Shown in pieces: positions 25,801-37,940 of a DNA stretch of 64,000 nt (position 1 is the first letter of the stretch; every line of letters begins with the position of its first letter). Origin of the DNA: Octopus bimaculoides (Eukaryota); assembly GCF_001194135.2 (NCBI RefSeq), contig NC_068991.1, positions 53,908,010 through 53,972,009 of the forward strand, written 5' to 3'. Both the position numbers and the translations under genes were made by a program. Under the pieces are notes generated by a model that worked only from the letters and a program-made list of their open reading frames with translations, was not told where the DNA came from and ran no database searches.

Positions 25801-27854
25801 TAATTGATATGAGAAATAATACAAGATTGAATTAAAAAAGCATAAAAATACGCTAAGATTTTATATAAACATGAAATAATAAAAGTCTTTTTATGTTTTA
25901 AGTTTTAATTCATTGAGCTTGCCTTTGCCTTTTACATGATTGTAAGTTGATAAAATAACTGCACTAACATATCGTAGTTGATTTAATTGAATATTAGCAG
26001 TTCACCTTCAAAATTGGCTTCATGCCTTATGAAAAGAAATCAATATTTTTAATATTAATATTAATGTTAATCAATAACATCATTAATATATCACAACATT
26101 ATTCATGCAACTTTTTCCTCGTGTTGGTTTCTCAAACATCACCTACTGCTAATTACTAATTAAGAACTCTATTAAAAATAAATGTTGGTGTCATGCCAAA
26201 GGTAGTTGCACCGTTAATCAAGACAAAAATTAGTTAATTATTATACATTTAAACATAAAAGTAAAATTTAAATATCATGTATACTGTAGCAATGTTCATA
26301 AAGTTAGCTATTTATTGATTTATCATATAGATTTAGGTCTTTTTATTGATTAACTCATCAATTTTAATGTGTTACTACTCTCATCAAAATCTTTTGTCAA
26401 CCAATAATGGAACTGTGTTTTCCTCCGCATGACTCACACTTAATTCTCTGTTTCATATGTAAATAGCTTTTTATTAGTACTCTTATCTTAACAAAAGGAA
26501 CTAAGTCTCCTTTGGATTAGTTTGTACATTAAATTTTATTCACCCATTTAGCATTAGTTACTAATTCTCTTCAAATTGTCATGAAATTGCAGTTAAACCT
26601 AATAGAGAAAGAATTGGTTGTTTTCATAAATTTTTTTTTTTTAATGCCTAAATTTTGGAGAAGACATTTAGTGAGAGAAGTATTACTACCTCAGTTAACT
26701 GAAAATATAAATTTAATTCTTTAATTGAATTTTAAAGTGTGGAGAGGTTGAGAATCCCAAGCTTAGCTAAAAAGATAAATTGGTAAATAATTTTCGCCTT
26801 CTCTAATATCCACCTTCTTGTAAATTTAAGGTACCTCCAACACACCTTCACTATCATCTTCTCTTTTTTCCAACTGGGGCAACCATGCATCTCACCTACA
26901 GCAAAACACCTGTTTCTGTCCCTCTGTCATGTTTTCGCTCAATAAACACTCACAACGCCCGGTCTGGGAATCGAAACCATGATCCTACGACCACGAGTCC
27001 TCTGCCCTCACCACTGGGCCATTGTGCCTCCACATTAGGAAGGATATCCAGATGTCGAAACCATGCCAAAGCAGACATTGGATCTTGACACAGACCTCTG
27101 TCTCGTCTGTTCACTTTGAACCAAGAAACCTATGCCAGCATGGAAAATGGGATGTTAAATTGCGATGATTTTGTTGAGTGAAGGATATGACTGTTGAGTG
27201 ATAGACTAATGTGATACATTTACTTTATTCTTTTATTCATTTTACTTTCATATTTTTTTAATGTTAATTTGGATGACCTGAATAAATAATATTGGTTTCA
27301 AATTTTGACACAAGGCCAGTAATTTCAGGGAAGGGGTAAATCAATTACCTTGATCCCAGTGTTCAGCTGGTACTTATTTTATCGACCTCAAAAAGATGAA
27401 AGGCAAAGTTGACCTTGGTGGAATTTGAATTCAGAATGTAAAAACGGATGAAATGCCACTAAGCATTTTGCCTGGTGTATGAATACATAATACTGAGACA
27501 TTGTCCTGCAGCTGGATGCCCTTCCTGCAACTAGTCCTTACTTGTTTTTCAAGTAAAGGATTTTTAAAATTCTATTTGTCTTTAAAAGCTCTAAGAAAAG
27601 CTTTGGTTGATTTGAAGCTATAGAAGAAGACACATGCCCAAAGTGCCACACAGTGGAACTGAACCTGGAACCATGTGGCTGGAAAACAAACTTCATACCA
27701 CACAGTCACCCCAGTACCTTTGGCCATTTTCTACAAAAATTTGATCATTACTAAAATGTGATGTGGAGATGGTGACGGCATAGTGAAAAGTAATATTTTT
27801 AAATTGAACTAAGCTTTTTTATATCACCTATCACTTAATACATGTGCATCCTAA

Positions 27855-28132
27855 ACTTGTCATTCACTTTAGAAAGAAATTAGTTCCCCATTTGTCTGTC
27901 ATATGCAATGACTATCAATAAATCACAAGAGCAGACATTTGATAAAGTGGGGCTGTTCTTGCCTGAACCTGTATTCGGCCATGGTCAGCTATATGTTGCA
28001 TTCTCAAGGGCTTGCAAATTATCTGAAGTGAGAGTTGAAATTACCAACATTGACAAACAAGGGAAAAGAAGAGGGAGAACTTACATGAAGAACATAGCAC
28101 CACTTGAAAGACTTACTCATGGTAAAATATAG
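27855..28132 (+). mobile_element. Helitron RepHel (Pif1-like helicase) C-terminal fragment
   Basis: [48 protein letters not shown] matches the Helitron helicase motifs FP..L.(Y/F)[11 protein letters not shown] and F.HGQLYVA.SR; contains an in-frame stop. Confidence 0.9.
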
Positions 28133-28307
28133 ACTAAAGAAATGTGTTACATAAGAACATGTGAATATTCTCTAATTTGTATTGTCATACAGTCTTACTG
28201 TCATACTTACTCAATATTTGAAGATTTTATTGTTTTCTTTTCTAAATGTAAAATTACTGTTATATTGTTGATTCCAGTATTATGTATTACTGTAATATTA
28301 TTTTCAG

Positions 28308-28392
28308 ACTCTTGGCTTTGGAGAAGATGTTGCTGGTGCCACATTTATGGCTGCTGGAAGTTCCGCTCCAGAATTATTCACATCGATAATTG
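28308..28392 (+). CDS. SLC24 (NCKX3/4/5-like): NCKX exon, alpha-1 repeat first half
   Basis: ttttcag|ACT...ATTG|gtgaga; 85 nt, phase 0 to 1. [28 protein letters not shown](G) is the canonical SLC24 alpha-1 signature. Confidence 0.98.
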
Positions 28393-30298
28393 GTGAGATG
28401 ATTTTCTTTTCCTTTTTTAAATTTTTTCACTATTAGGTATTGATAATCTGAAATAATCAAATCCTATTATTGATCACCTTTCCATAAATTACATAACATT
28501 GTTTTGGGCAGCAACTTCACAACAGTCACAAATCAGGGACAAATCATTGGAATATTAAAGTAGAAGAGACTTACAATGGAAATGAAATTCCAGATTGAAT
28601 TATAAATTTTTGGCACAATATTGCAGTGGCACCTCAATAAAACAACATTTTGGTTGTTGGAATTGAAGAACTATAAACAGAAAGAAGAAATATTTGCTGT
28701 GTATGGTTTAATTCTGATCAGTCATATTTGGCAACTTTACCATTTTGAAGTATATATGTTAATAGCAATGAAAATGTATTTTTTGATATTTGTCTGATGT
28801 ATTCTGCTGGAATCTGACAAGTTATAGTAAGGAACTGCACTAGATTTGTATTGCTTAAGAATGTATGAATTATGGTGGCTGCATTATGTTTGTAGATATT
28901 AAAATATGTTATAGAGTAGCAGATAATTAGCTTAATATATGATAAAAAGTGTTAATGTTAGTGTATAAAATGTATTATTTAAGTATAACATTAATCATAT
29001 TTTGAAATAGCTGGACAAAAAGCACATTTTCCTTGAGTTAAACTTCTAAGGCAAGAATAATTGCTGTTATTTAACTCCAGGTCATCCTTAGTTATTACCA
29101 AAAGTGTTCCAACCATGACCTTTCAGTTTGTTTCTTCAGACTTAATGTGTCAAGGGTTATAGTAACCAAAGTGTCCTTATTTTAAGGTACAGTGTGTGAC
29201 TTGAAAGACATTTGGTTACAGTTTTTAGCAGTTAATTAACCACAGAAAGACTCTTGCCAGATACAGAGTCACTTAATTTATTTAACAGGCTAGAAATAAA
29301 AACTTTTACAAGACTGCAAACATAGATTATACTAACTTAATGCATTGGATAAACTAAACTTGTATCATTTGACCTGTAGAGGTCCTAAAACAAATTGTTT
29401 CTCTATTGACAAGTGAAAACTTATGTGATAGCTACACTAGCAAAAGCCTTACAAAATTACTTGACATTTTAACAAAGAAACTTTGCCATGTGCTTTTGGC
29501 ATTCATAAGGAAAATACCTGCTCTTTCTGACTCCTGAAAACCTTGTAAAGAACTATAATGCTATGAAAGTTCATAGAAGTGTTTAGTTTAGAAGGCGATG
29601 AGCTGGCAGAAACTTTATCACGCCGGGCGAAATGCTTAGCAGTATTTCGTCTGTCTTTACGTTCTGGGTTCAAATTCTGCTAATGTCGACTCTGCCTTTC
29701 ATCCTTTCGGGGTTGATAAATTAAGTACCAGTTACATACCGGGGTCGATCTAATCGACTGTCTCCCTCTCCAAAAATTTCGGACCTTGTGCCTAGAGTAG
29801 AAATGATATATTCAGTTTCCATGAAAAGTGAAGAACTTAATACTTTGGGTCTTTGCTCTTTATCTGATACTCAGTTTTTGGTTTTCAGTTGTAGTCAAGT
29901 AGAATGAATAACTGTCTGCAGATTCCATATCCTTACTCTATAATGTTATGGACTTTTGTATCTTAAGATCTTTATGAAATATCTCAAGGGAATTAAAAGA
30001 CAACATTAAATTAAATGAAGCAATTGGGTTCATGGAGGTAGATGTTTAACCTTATTCACAATCTATGTTTCCATTTACAATCTAAGATTACTAAATGCCA
30101 TCATAACACATCTAATGAAGGAACATAATTTGAAAGTGTTCACTTTTTGATATTAAATATTCATCAACATCAGTAAAATTTTTTTTAAAATTTTTATCTC
30201 AACTTTATATCCTCACTTTTCAAACTGTGTTACAGGAAACAGTTAAATATAAAATGAATAGGTTGATATTTCTTAAAATCAAGTTTACATATTAATAA

Positions 30299-30731
30299 TG
30301 GTTTCAAATTATGGCACAAGGCCAGCAATTACATCGACCCAGTGTCCACCTGGTACTTATTCCATCAACCTCAAAAAGATGAAAGGCAAAGTTGACCTTG
30401 GTAGAATTTGAATTCAGAATATAGAGACGGACAAAATGTCACTAAGCATTTAGTCCAGCATGGCAATGATTCTACCAGCTTGTCACTTTTGTTCATATGT
30501 TAATATTACTAACCAATTAAGTCGGCAAGCTGGCAGTATCATTAGCATGCTGAGCAAAATGCTCAGTGGCATTTCATCTGTCTTTATGTTCTAAGTTCAA
30601 ATTTCATTAAGGTTGATTTTACCTTTCAATTTTTTAAGAGTCAATAAAATAAGTACCAGTTGAACATGGGTTGATGTTATCAACCTAACCTCACCCTGAA
30701 ATTGCTGGCATTGTGCCAAAATTTGAAACCA
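30299..30731. repeat. Head-to-head inverted pair of family B SINEs
   Basis: Minus copy at 30299-30486 and plus copy at 30521-30731; both end in ...ggc(c/a)ttgtgcca(t/a)aatttgaaacca. Confidence 0.85.
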
Positions 30732-31107
30732 ACATTAACGACCGGTTATTCTACTCAGTTTTTGACTCTCTGAATGGTGAATAGAAGAATTTTATACAAA
30801 TATACTAAACAAGAAGTGCAAACGCTTTTTAAAGCAGTTTTCAAATAGAATTGTATTTAGTAAAACTGTAATTCAGTAAAATTCAGTAAAACAGGTTTTA
30901 CAATAAAATTAACTTCACAAGATTTTCTTATTTTTCCAGATAATTTTCAGTTCTTGACATGTTGAATTATTCAAGACTAGCAATGCTATTAAATAATTTT
31001 ATTCAAAGAATAGTTAAATCAGAGGAATTTAGTTTAACTTTTTGAGGTACATTCATTTAAAGCACATCTTTTTGTAATATAATTCAACAGGTTTTTATTT
31101 CTTTTAG

Positions 31108-31211
31108 GTGTGTTTGTAACAAAAGGAGATGTTGGAGTCGGGACAATTGTTGGATCAGCTGTATTTAATATACTTTTTGTGATTGGTTTATGTGGACTTG
31201 TAACTATGCAG
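31108..31211 (+). CDS. SLC24 (NCKX3/4/5-like): NCKX exon, alpha-1 repeat second half
   Basis: cttttag|GT...CAG|gtaatt; 104 nt, phase 1 to 0. (G)VFVTKGDVGVGTIVGSAVFNILFVIGLCGLVTMQ; KGDVGVGT is the NCKX3/4/5-type sequence. Confidence 0.98.
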
Positions 31212-32063
31212 GTAATTGGTTTTCAAAAATTTCCCCGGTAAATATTATAATTTATGCATATATTGATAGCTAAAAATACATGTTTAGTTATATATTAATT
31301 TGACATATTTAAACTGAAAAACTCATTTGAAACAATGACATAGCTATAAAACATTTGCTTGTAAAATAAAAATGTAACATATTTCTTCAGTTTTGACTTG
31401 GGAGGAAAATGCATAAATAGTTTAGCAATAGTTTAAAATATAATGATGCTTAAGAACAGGGTCAGAATAAGTATAGTATTGTTTTATTATATTAACATTA
31501 TTGTTATATTTTCATCAATGTATGTATGTATTCCCTTGTCCAGACATCACATGATAGTTGTAAATGAGCATCTTCTTCATAAAAGCAGCTGTTTGCTTCT
31601 AGTCTTCTGTAAAAACATCTAACCTTGGAGAAAACAAAAGGTTTGTGACTGGAAGGGCATCAAGCTGTAGAAAATTTGCTTCAAAAAATTCCATGGAAAG
31701 GCTGATGTTAAATGAGATCAATAAGATGATGATGATACCTAAGGATGTCTCTCAGCAGTTTCATGCTCTTCTTTACAGTACTTAAAAGTTTCCCCAATGA
31801 TAGACCTATATTACATCTGAATACCAAAAAATTATTCAATTCACTCGTTTTATTTAGTCTCCTTGTCTTTGCCACAGATGTTGTATCATACTTTAGCAAC
31901 CATTCCACTTTCTGTCTGTCAGCTTTTCAATGCTGCCTAAAAGCCATGGTCACTTGTTCTTTTATTGAAAACTTAGATTCTAACTTTTTTTGATGATTGT
32001 TTTTCCTAAATTCTCTTCCATTTTTTGTACTTCTTTTCTGGACTCATCAAATCTATTTAATCT

Positions 32064-32690
32064 TTTAACATTTTAACCAGTCATGTCCGGGTGGTTTCTC
32101 ACACCTAGCCTACAATGTCATCTTAAAAAAAAATTAACAGTTAGGCGTAGGAGTGGCTGTGTGGTAAGTAGCTTGCTTACCAACCACATGGTTCCAGGTT
32201 CATTCCCACTGCGTAGCACCTTGGGCAAATGTCTTCTACTATAGCCTCGGGCCGACCAAAGGCTTTTGAGTGGATTTGGTAGACGGAAACTGAAAGAAGC
32301 CTATCGTATATATGTATATATATATATATATATATAAATATATATATATATGTATATATGTATGTGTATATGTTTGTGTGTCTGTGTCTGTCCCCCAACA
32401 TCGCTTGACAACCGATGCTGGTGTGTTTACGTCCCTGTAACTTAGCGGTTCGGCAAAAGAGACTGATAGAATAAGTATTAGGCTTCCAAAGAATAAGTCC
32501 TGGGATCGATTTGCTCGACTAAAGGCGGTGCTCCAGCATGGCCGCAGTGAAATGACTGAAACAAGTAAAAGAGTAAAAGAGTTACATCATCAAAATTTCA
32601 TAGCTACAAAATAATGCATAATTAATTTCAAAACAATGTAAATAAACAAGCATTACTTTTGACAGAATAATGTGAAGGCTAAAGGGCTAA
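32064..32690. mobile_element. piggyBac-type MITE interrupted by a full-length family A SINE (about 32145-32580)
   Basis: The MITE halves (ctcacacctagcctacaatgtcatc... and ...gacagaataatgtgaaggctaaagggctaa) match the intact copies at 55621 and 57226. The SINE has a full head and a (GTAAAAGA)n tail. Confidence 0.8.
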
Positions 32691-33106
32691 ATCCATACTT
32701 CTTAAGCCCTTTACTCCCTTTGGCCCAGGTGACATAAACCATCAGTAACTTTCCTCCACTGCTTCTTTCCAGTTGGATCCCTGTTCTTTTTTCTTTTCTT
32801 TTGGATTTTGCAGCACCACCTCATATGTTTCACTGAGGGAAAGCCTGTCTCTCTCAGTTCTGTTTGGCTTTGAAATATTATCAATAATTCAGTAACTTTT
32901 CTTTTTTTCTAGGTAGGGGTGGTGGCCCTATACAAACCCAATTTTACCTCTGAGAAGAGGTGATCCATATTAGTTTGACCTCTTTCCTGTGCCCTGTCCA
33001 GTAATGAGAGGCCCTATTGGGAGCTTGTGCTCTACTGACATAGTTTGCAGGGTCTCCGAAGCACACAAGCCACACTGCAAAAAGGACAGGCCTTGTGCTG
33101 GATCTT

Positions 33107-33452
33107 AACCACATACTGCTGAGACTCCCTTCGGTTATGACTGACCATGGGACTGCACCTAGAAAGTTAGCCTCCCAGGCACAAGTCCAGGCAAGGTTGT
33201 TCATGGAAGACCAGCAGTCACCCATGCATACCGGCCTCCCCTCTCCACGCCACCGATGTTATCAAAGGGAAAGACAAGGCCAACACAGCTTGGCACCAGT
33301 GACATCGCAACTCATTTCTACATCTGAGTGAACTGGAGCAAAGTGAAATAAAGTATCTTGTTCAAGAACACAACACACAGCCCGGTCCGGGATTCAAACT
33401 CACAACCTCACAATCGTAAGCTCGATGCTCTAACCACTGAGCCGTGTGCCTT
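33107..33452 (-). mobile_element. tRNA-derived SINE family C (my label), full-length
   Basis: The same sequence occurs on the + strand at 46912-47250 and 58930-59250 (gaaggtgcatggctcagtggttagagc... to ...ggtcattcatgaccgaagggg). Confidence 0.85.
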
Positions 33453-33679
33453 CATGCTCAACTGTATTTTGGTCAATCCTTTTCACATTTCACATTTTGT
33501 TACATCATGCCTCAAAGGGCAGCCCCTTACCATCTTCCTCTCTTTCCAGCTGGGTATGCCATGTATTCACCTCTTCAGCAAGGCACCTGTTCCTGCACCT
33601 CCGTCATACTTTCATATCCTTCAACACTATCCAACACTATTTCAAGGGGACAGACATGGCTGATAAACTGATATATAAG

Positions 33680-34072
33680 GATTTGTTGTTGTTGGCACTC
33701 CGTCGCTTACGACGTCGTGAGTTCCAGTTGATTCAATCAACGGAACAGCCTGCTTGTGAAATTAACGTGCAACTGGCTGAGCACTCCACAGACATGTGTA
33801 CCCTTAACGTAGTTCTCAGGGATATTCAGCGTGACACAGTGTGACAAGGCTGACCCTTTGAATTACAGGCACAACAGAAACAGGAAGTAAGAGTGAGAGA
33901 AAGTTGTGGTGAAAGAGTACAGCAGGGTTTGTCACCATCCCATGCCGGGGCCTCGTGGAGCTTTAGGTGTTTTCACTCAATAAATACTCACAGCACCTGG
34001 TCTGGGAATCGAAACCACGATCCTATGACCGCGAATCCACTGCTCTAACCACTGGGCCATTGCGCCTCCATA
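33680..34072 (-). mobile_element. tRNA-derived SINE family D, full-length
   Basis: tRNA-like head at 34072-33990, body ctgctgtactctttcaccacaactttctctcactc, and the 3' end shared with 11755-11900. Confidence 0.85.
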
Positions 34073-34592
34073 GACTTATTAATAACTACTTTAAAGCAAT
34101 AGAGGGATAAAATTTGATTTGTGAAGAACTAAATTAAATACAGTAAAACATCCCTTCAGAGGTTCTGTTTTGGACNNNNNNNNNNGGGGGGTGCGTGTGT
34201 ATGCGTGCGTGTATGATATTCATAAGAATTCACATTTTATCTGCATGCATTCACAGTTTTTATATATTTCACGAAATTTTTGCACATGTATCTTGAGAGG
34301 ATCATTGTGTCAATGATAAACACATGCACTGGTTCTATTTCACTACTTTTATTATTAAATATTAATCATCAGTTTATTAACATTTAACCAATTAACTAAT
34401 CAGTCAATCAATCAACAAAGTTTGTCAGTCTTTTTGTCACCATTCATGACCTCATTAATGAATGACATGTCCTCTTTCCTCCAAATTTGCTTCAGGTCTC
34501 TCTGCCTGTTTGCAGATCATATCATTAAAAAAAATCTATACTTTTATTCATATATATCTGTAAAAACCTTTGTTTCATTTAAGCACCAATAT

Positions 34593-34639
<47 letters not shown>

Positions 34640-34656
34640 TTAACATCTGGTTCTCC

Positions 34657-34822
34657 ATGCTGGCATGAGTTGGATGGTTTGACAGGAGCTGGCAAGGCCA
34701 GGAGCTGCACCAGGTCCCATGGTCTGTTTTGGCATGGTTTCTACAATTAAAACAGACTATAGAACCTGGTGTGGCTCCCAGCCTTGCCAGAATCTGTCAA
34801 ACCACCCAACCCATGCCAGCAT
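34657..34822. repeat. Inverted pair of RTE-type 3' tails forming a hairpin
   Basis: 34657-34730 is the reverse complement of 34749-34822 (74-bp arms, 18-nt loop, several mismatches). Confidence 0.85.
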
Positions 34823-34955
34823 ATATATATTTCCTGCATATATATATTTCCTGCATATATATATTCATTTATTAGCAAATTGTTAAAATATTTGATGTGG
34901 AAGTTGAAAACCAGTTTTAAGGTAGAGGTGAAATATTTTACGTAATGACATAGTA

Positions 34956-36113
34956 TTGGGTCATCCCATAAATAATGTGTTTTTTTTTTCATACTCTTAT
35001 TTTTCAAAATTAAGATAAACAAATATACTCCCCTTCATTTTCTATAATGCTCTTCCATCTATCTGGTAGACTTGCTAGGCCCCTCATCCAAAATTCACTT
35101 GTCTGTGACATATAATACTTCTCATCAGATGGGGAAATGTCTTGTGAATATAATGAGTGGCACATTGCTTCCCATTCAAACTGCTCCTGACTTTCCAATG
35201 TCATCCTCGCTGTATGTGGCTGAGCATTATTCTGATGGAAGAACATCTTTCATCTTGAAACCAAACATGGTCGTTTTTTTTCTAGTGCTGACTTATGCTG
35301 CTCAAGCTACTCACAGTAGATCTCCTTTGTTATCATTTGGTTTGGGTTTAAAAGTTTAAAGTGGACTAAACCTTTCATATCCCACCAAACAGATAACAAC
35401 ACCTTATGTGGGTGAAGATTTTCTTAAGTCTGAGGTGCCAGTGTTTCTCCTTTCCTTACCCACTGCCTTCGGTGCTTGACATTTTTATAGAGAACCCATT
35501 TCTCGTCACTAGTCACTATTCAGTCCAAAACCGAATTCATGAGTTTAGTTCATGAAATGTGACTGCAAAGAAGAGCAGGCATTCACTCTCTGTATGCGAT
35601 TAGATTCGGAAAGTTTGTGAGGAACCCGTTGACCCAATTTCCTGACTTTTCCGATAGCATGCAGGTGTCGATGAATGGTTGAATGACTAAATCCAAGCTT
35701 CTCAACAGGGTTTGCAGGACATCCTTGTCAAGTTCTACAGATCTAGGATCATCTTCTAGGCTATAGTTTCTGGCTTGGAATTTCTGGAACCACTGTTGAC
35801 ACTGGCTTACACTCATTGTACAATCCCCATATACTGCATTAATATTCCTCACACTTTCCATTGCATTGTTGCCTTTATTGAATTCATAATGCAAAATATG
35901 CTGAATATACTCCTTTGTCACTTCCATTATAGCTTTGAAAAAATAACTGTTAAAATCGAACTCCACTCTTCAAAAGTAGCACTAAGAATAAGTACAAGGT
36001 AATATTACTACCTGCTTCTATAGGAAGTTGATACAGGTAGTCTATCCTGTCCCCCACTGACTTTTACTTTATGCAATTGAAAAAAAAACCGCATTATTTA
36101 TTGAATGACCCAA
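34956..36113 (-). mobile_element. Near full-length decayed mariner transposon
   Basis: TIRs ttgggtcat(c/t)c(c/a)ataaataatg(t/c)g flanked by TA. Minus-strand transposase relics: MEVTKEYIQHILHYEFNKGNNA..VSQCQQWFQKF (HTH), IVTSDEKWVLY, LHPHKVLLSVWWD, HQNNAQPH, YSQDISPSD (DD34D region). Confidence 0.95.
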
Positions 36114-36529
36114 TATATATATATATATATATATCAATCCAATTAATGAAACAACCTGCTCATGAAATTAACATACAAGTGGCTGAGTATTTCACAGACA
36201 TGCATACCCTTAACATAGTTCTCAAGGAGATTCAACACAACACAGAATGTGATGAGGCTGACCCTTTTGAATTACAGGTACAACTAATTTTTGCCAGCTG
36301 AGTGAACTGGAGCAACAACATGAAACAAAGTATCTTACTTAAGGACACAACATGCCACGGGGAATTGAACTGATGACCTTACAATTTTAAGCTGAACACC
36401 ATAACCACTAAGCCATGCACCTTTAACACCCCCACACACACTTATTCATGTGTACATACATACATACATACATACATACATACATACATACATACATACA
36501 TACATGCATACATACATACATACATATAT

Positions 36530-36950
36530 ATGTATAGAGAATACCCCTGTTATTGAATATGTACACAAATACCAGCACATAGAATACTGGTGGAACGTTC
36601 CCATCAAAGCATCCATCAAGTATAAAAATAACAGGCTGGATATTGTTGTTTCGGACAGACAAGAAAATGTATGTACCATCACAGAGTTCAGCTGTCCTGC
36701 TGATATGAATATCTCTTTAAAAATCAAAGAGAAAGAAGTTAACTATGGACAACTGCTTCTATATCCAGATTACAAATTTACATTTATACCAATAATAATT
36801 GGAGCATTTGGTTTTGTAAGTAAATGCCTAACTGTCAGTCTTGACAAGCTTGGATTTTCAGAAAAAGAAATCAACCGATTCGCACATTACAAATACAATC
36901 TGTAAGTGGAACAGTAAATCTATGCAAGATTTTTCTCAGGTTTAAAATGT
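36530..36950 (+). mobile_element. REL-endonuclease non-LTR retrotransposon C-terminal remnant (R4-like)
   Basis: EYWWNVPIKASIKYKNNRLDIVVSDRQENVCTITEFSCPAD...KEKEVNY...FIPIIIGAFG matches the NRPD..E..C..IE...P....K..KY...P..IG..G restriction-like endonuclease pattern. Confidence 0.8.
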
Positions 36951-37231
36951 GACATTGTTTTCATTTTCTACATTCCAAAGCTGGAGTTTTGTATCATTGC
37001 TGGAAACCTGCTCCTTCTCCAAAGGAAGAATTTAAATGATTAAATGCAGAAGAGACATACATACATGCATACAAACACACTCTTACACATACTTCTGTAT
37101 ATATCACTCCTTAAAACTGGTAATGGTTTTTTGTCTTTTCTCTATACTGCAATTTAAGCATGCAAACTTTCATATTTTTTAAAGATTTATAGCAACTAAT
37201 GACTTATGCTGAGAAGTTTTATTACTTTTAG

Positions 37232-37306
37232 GCTGTATCCTTATCATGGTGGCCCCTATGCAGAGATTCCATTTACTATTCTTTTGCTGTTGTTATTTTA
37301 GTTTTG
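37232..37306 (+). CDS. SLC24 (NCKX3/4/5-like): NCKX transmembrane exon
   Basis: ttttag|GCT...TTG|gtgagt; 75 nt, phase 0 to 0. AVSLSWWPLCRDSIYYSFAVVILVL carries the conserved WWPL.RD motif. Confidence 0.97.
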
Positions 37307-37454
37307 GTGAGTAATAAACATTTCAATTAAAATAATTCTTGTTATAAGTATAACTTTTCAGTTCTTTCATTTGTTTCATGTCATTTTTAATGTTTAATAT
37401 ATGAAATACTGCTTTAAATGTTGCTTTATTTTACACAATGTAGTAATAACGATA

Positions 37455-37940
37455 AGGTGGTGAGTTGGCAGGACTGTTAGTATATTGGACAAAATTGCTT
37501 TGCAGCATTTCTTCTGGCTTTTTACATTCTGGGTTCAAATCTTGCCAAGGTTAAACTTTGCCTTTCATCCTTTCCGGGTTGATAAAATAATGTACCGGGC
37601 ATATGGCATAGTGGTTAAGAGCGCGGGCTACTAACCCCAATATTCCGAGTTCAATTCCAAGCAGTGACCTGAACAATAATAATCAAAATAATAATAATTA
37701 TGTTTGTGTGTCTGTGTTTGTCCCCCCAACATTGCTTGACAACCGATGCTGGTGTGTTTGCGTCCCCGTAACTTAGCGGTTCGGCAAAAGTGACTGATAG
37801 AATAAGTACTTGGCTTACAAAGAATAAGTCCTGGGGTCGATTTGCTCGACTAAAGGCGGTGCTCCAGCATGGCCACAGTCAAATGACTGAAACAAGTAAA
37901 AGAGTAAAAGTGTAAAAGAGTAAAAGAGTAAAAGAGTAAA
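37455..37940 (+). mobile_element. Chimeric SINE cluster: family B 5' part, short tRNA-like element with (AAT)n tail, family A 3' half
   Basis: B core up to 37596; gggcatatggcatagtggttaagagc...gagttcaattcc...ctgaac(aat)n at 37597-37700; A 3' half with a long (GTAAAAGA)n tail to 37930. Confidence 0.75.

Noticed and set aside
32913-32959. Exon-like segment (long pyrimidine tract, ag|gtaggggtggtggcccta...gag|gtgatc) faintly echoing the WWPL exon
   Set aside because: 47 nt would shift the frame between two phase-0 junctions; the similarity is only about 10 nt; exons 31108 and 37232 already join correctly.
33990-34072. tRNA-like sequences here and at 10830-10900, 26960-27035, 32145-32215 and 37597-37669 as tRNA genes
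   Set aside because: Each continues directly into a multi-copy SINE body or repeat tail and lacks a clean acceptor stem; they are treated as SINE heads.
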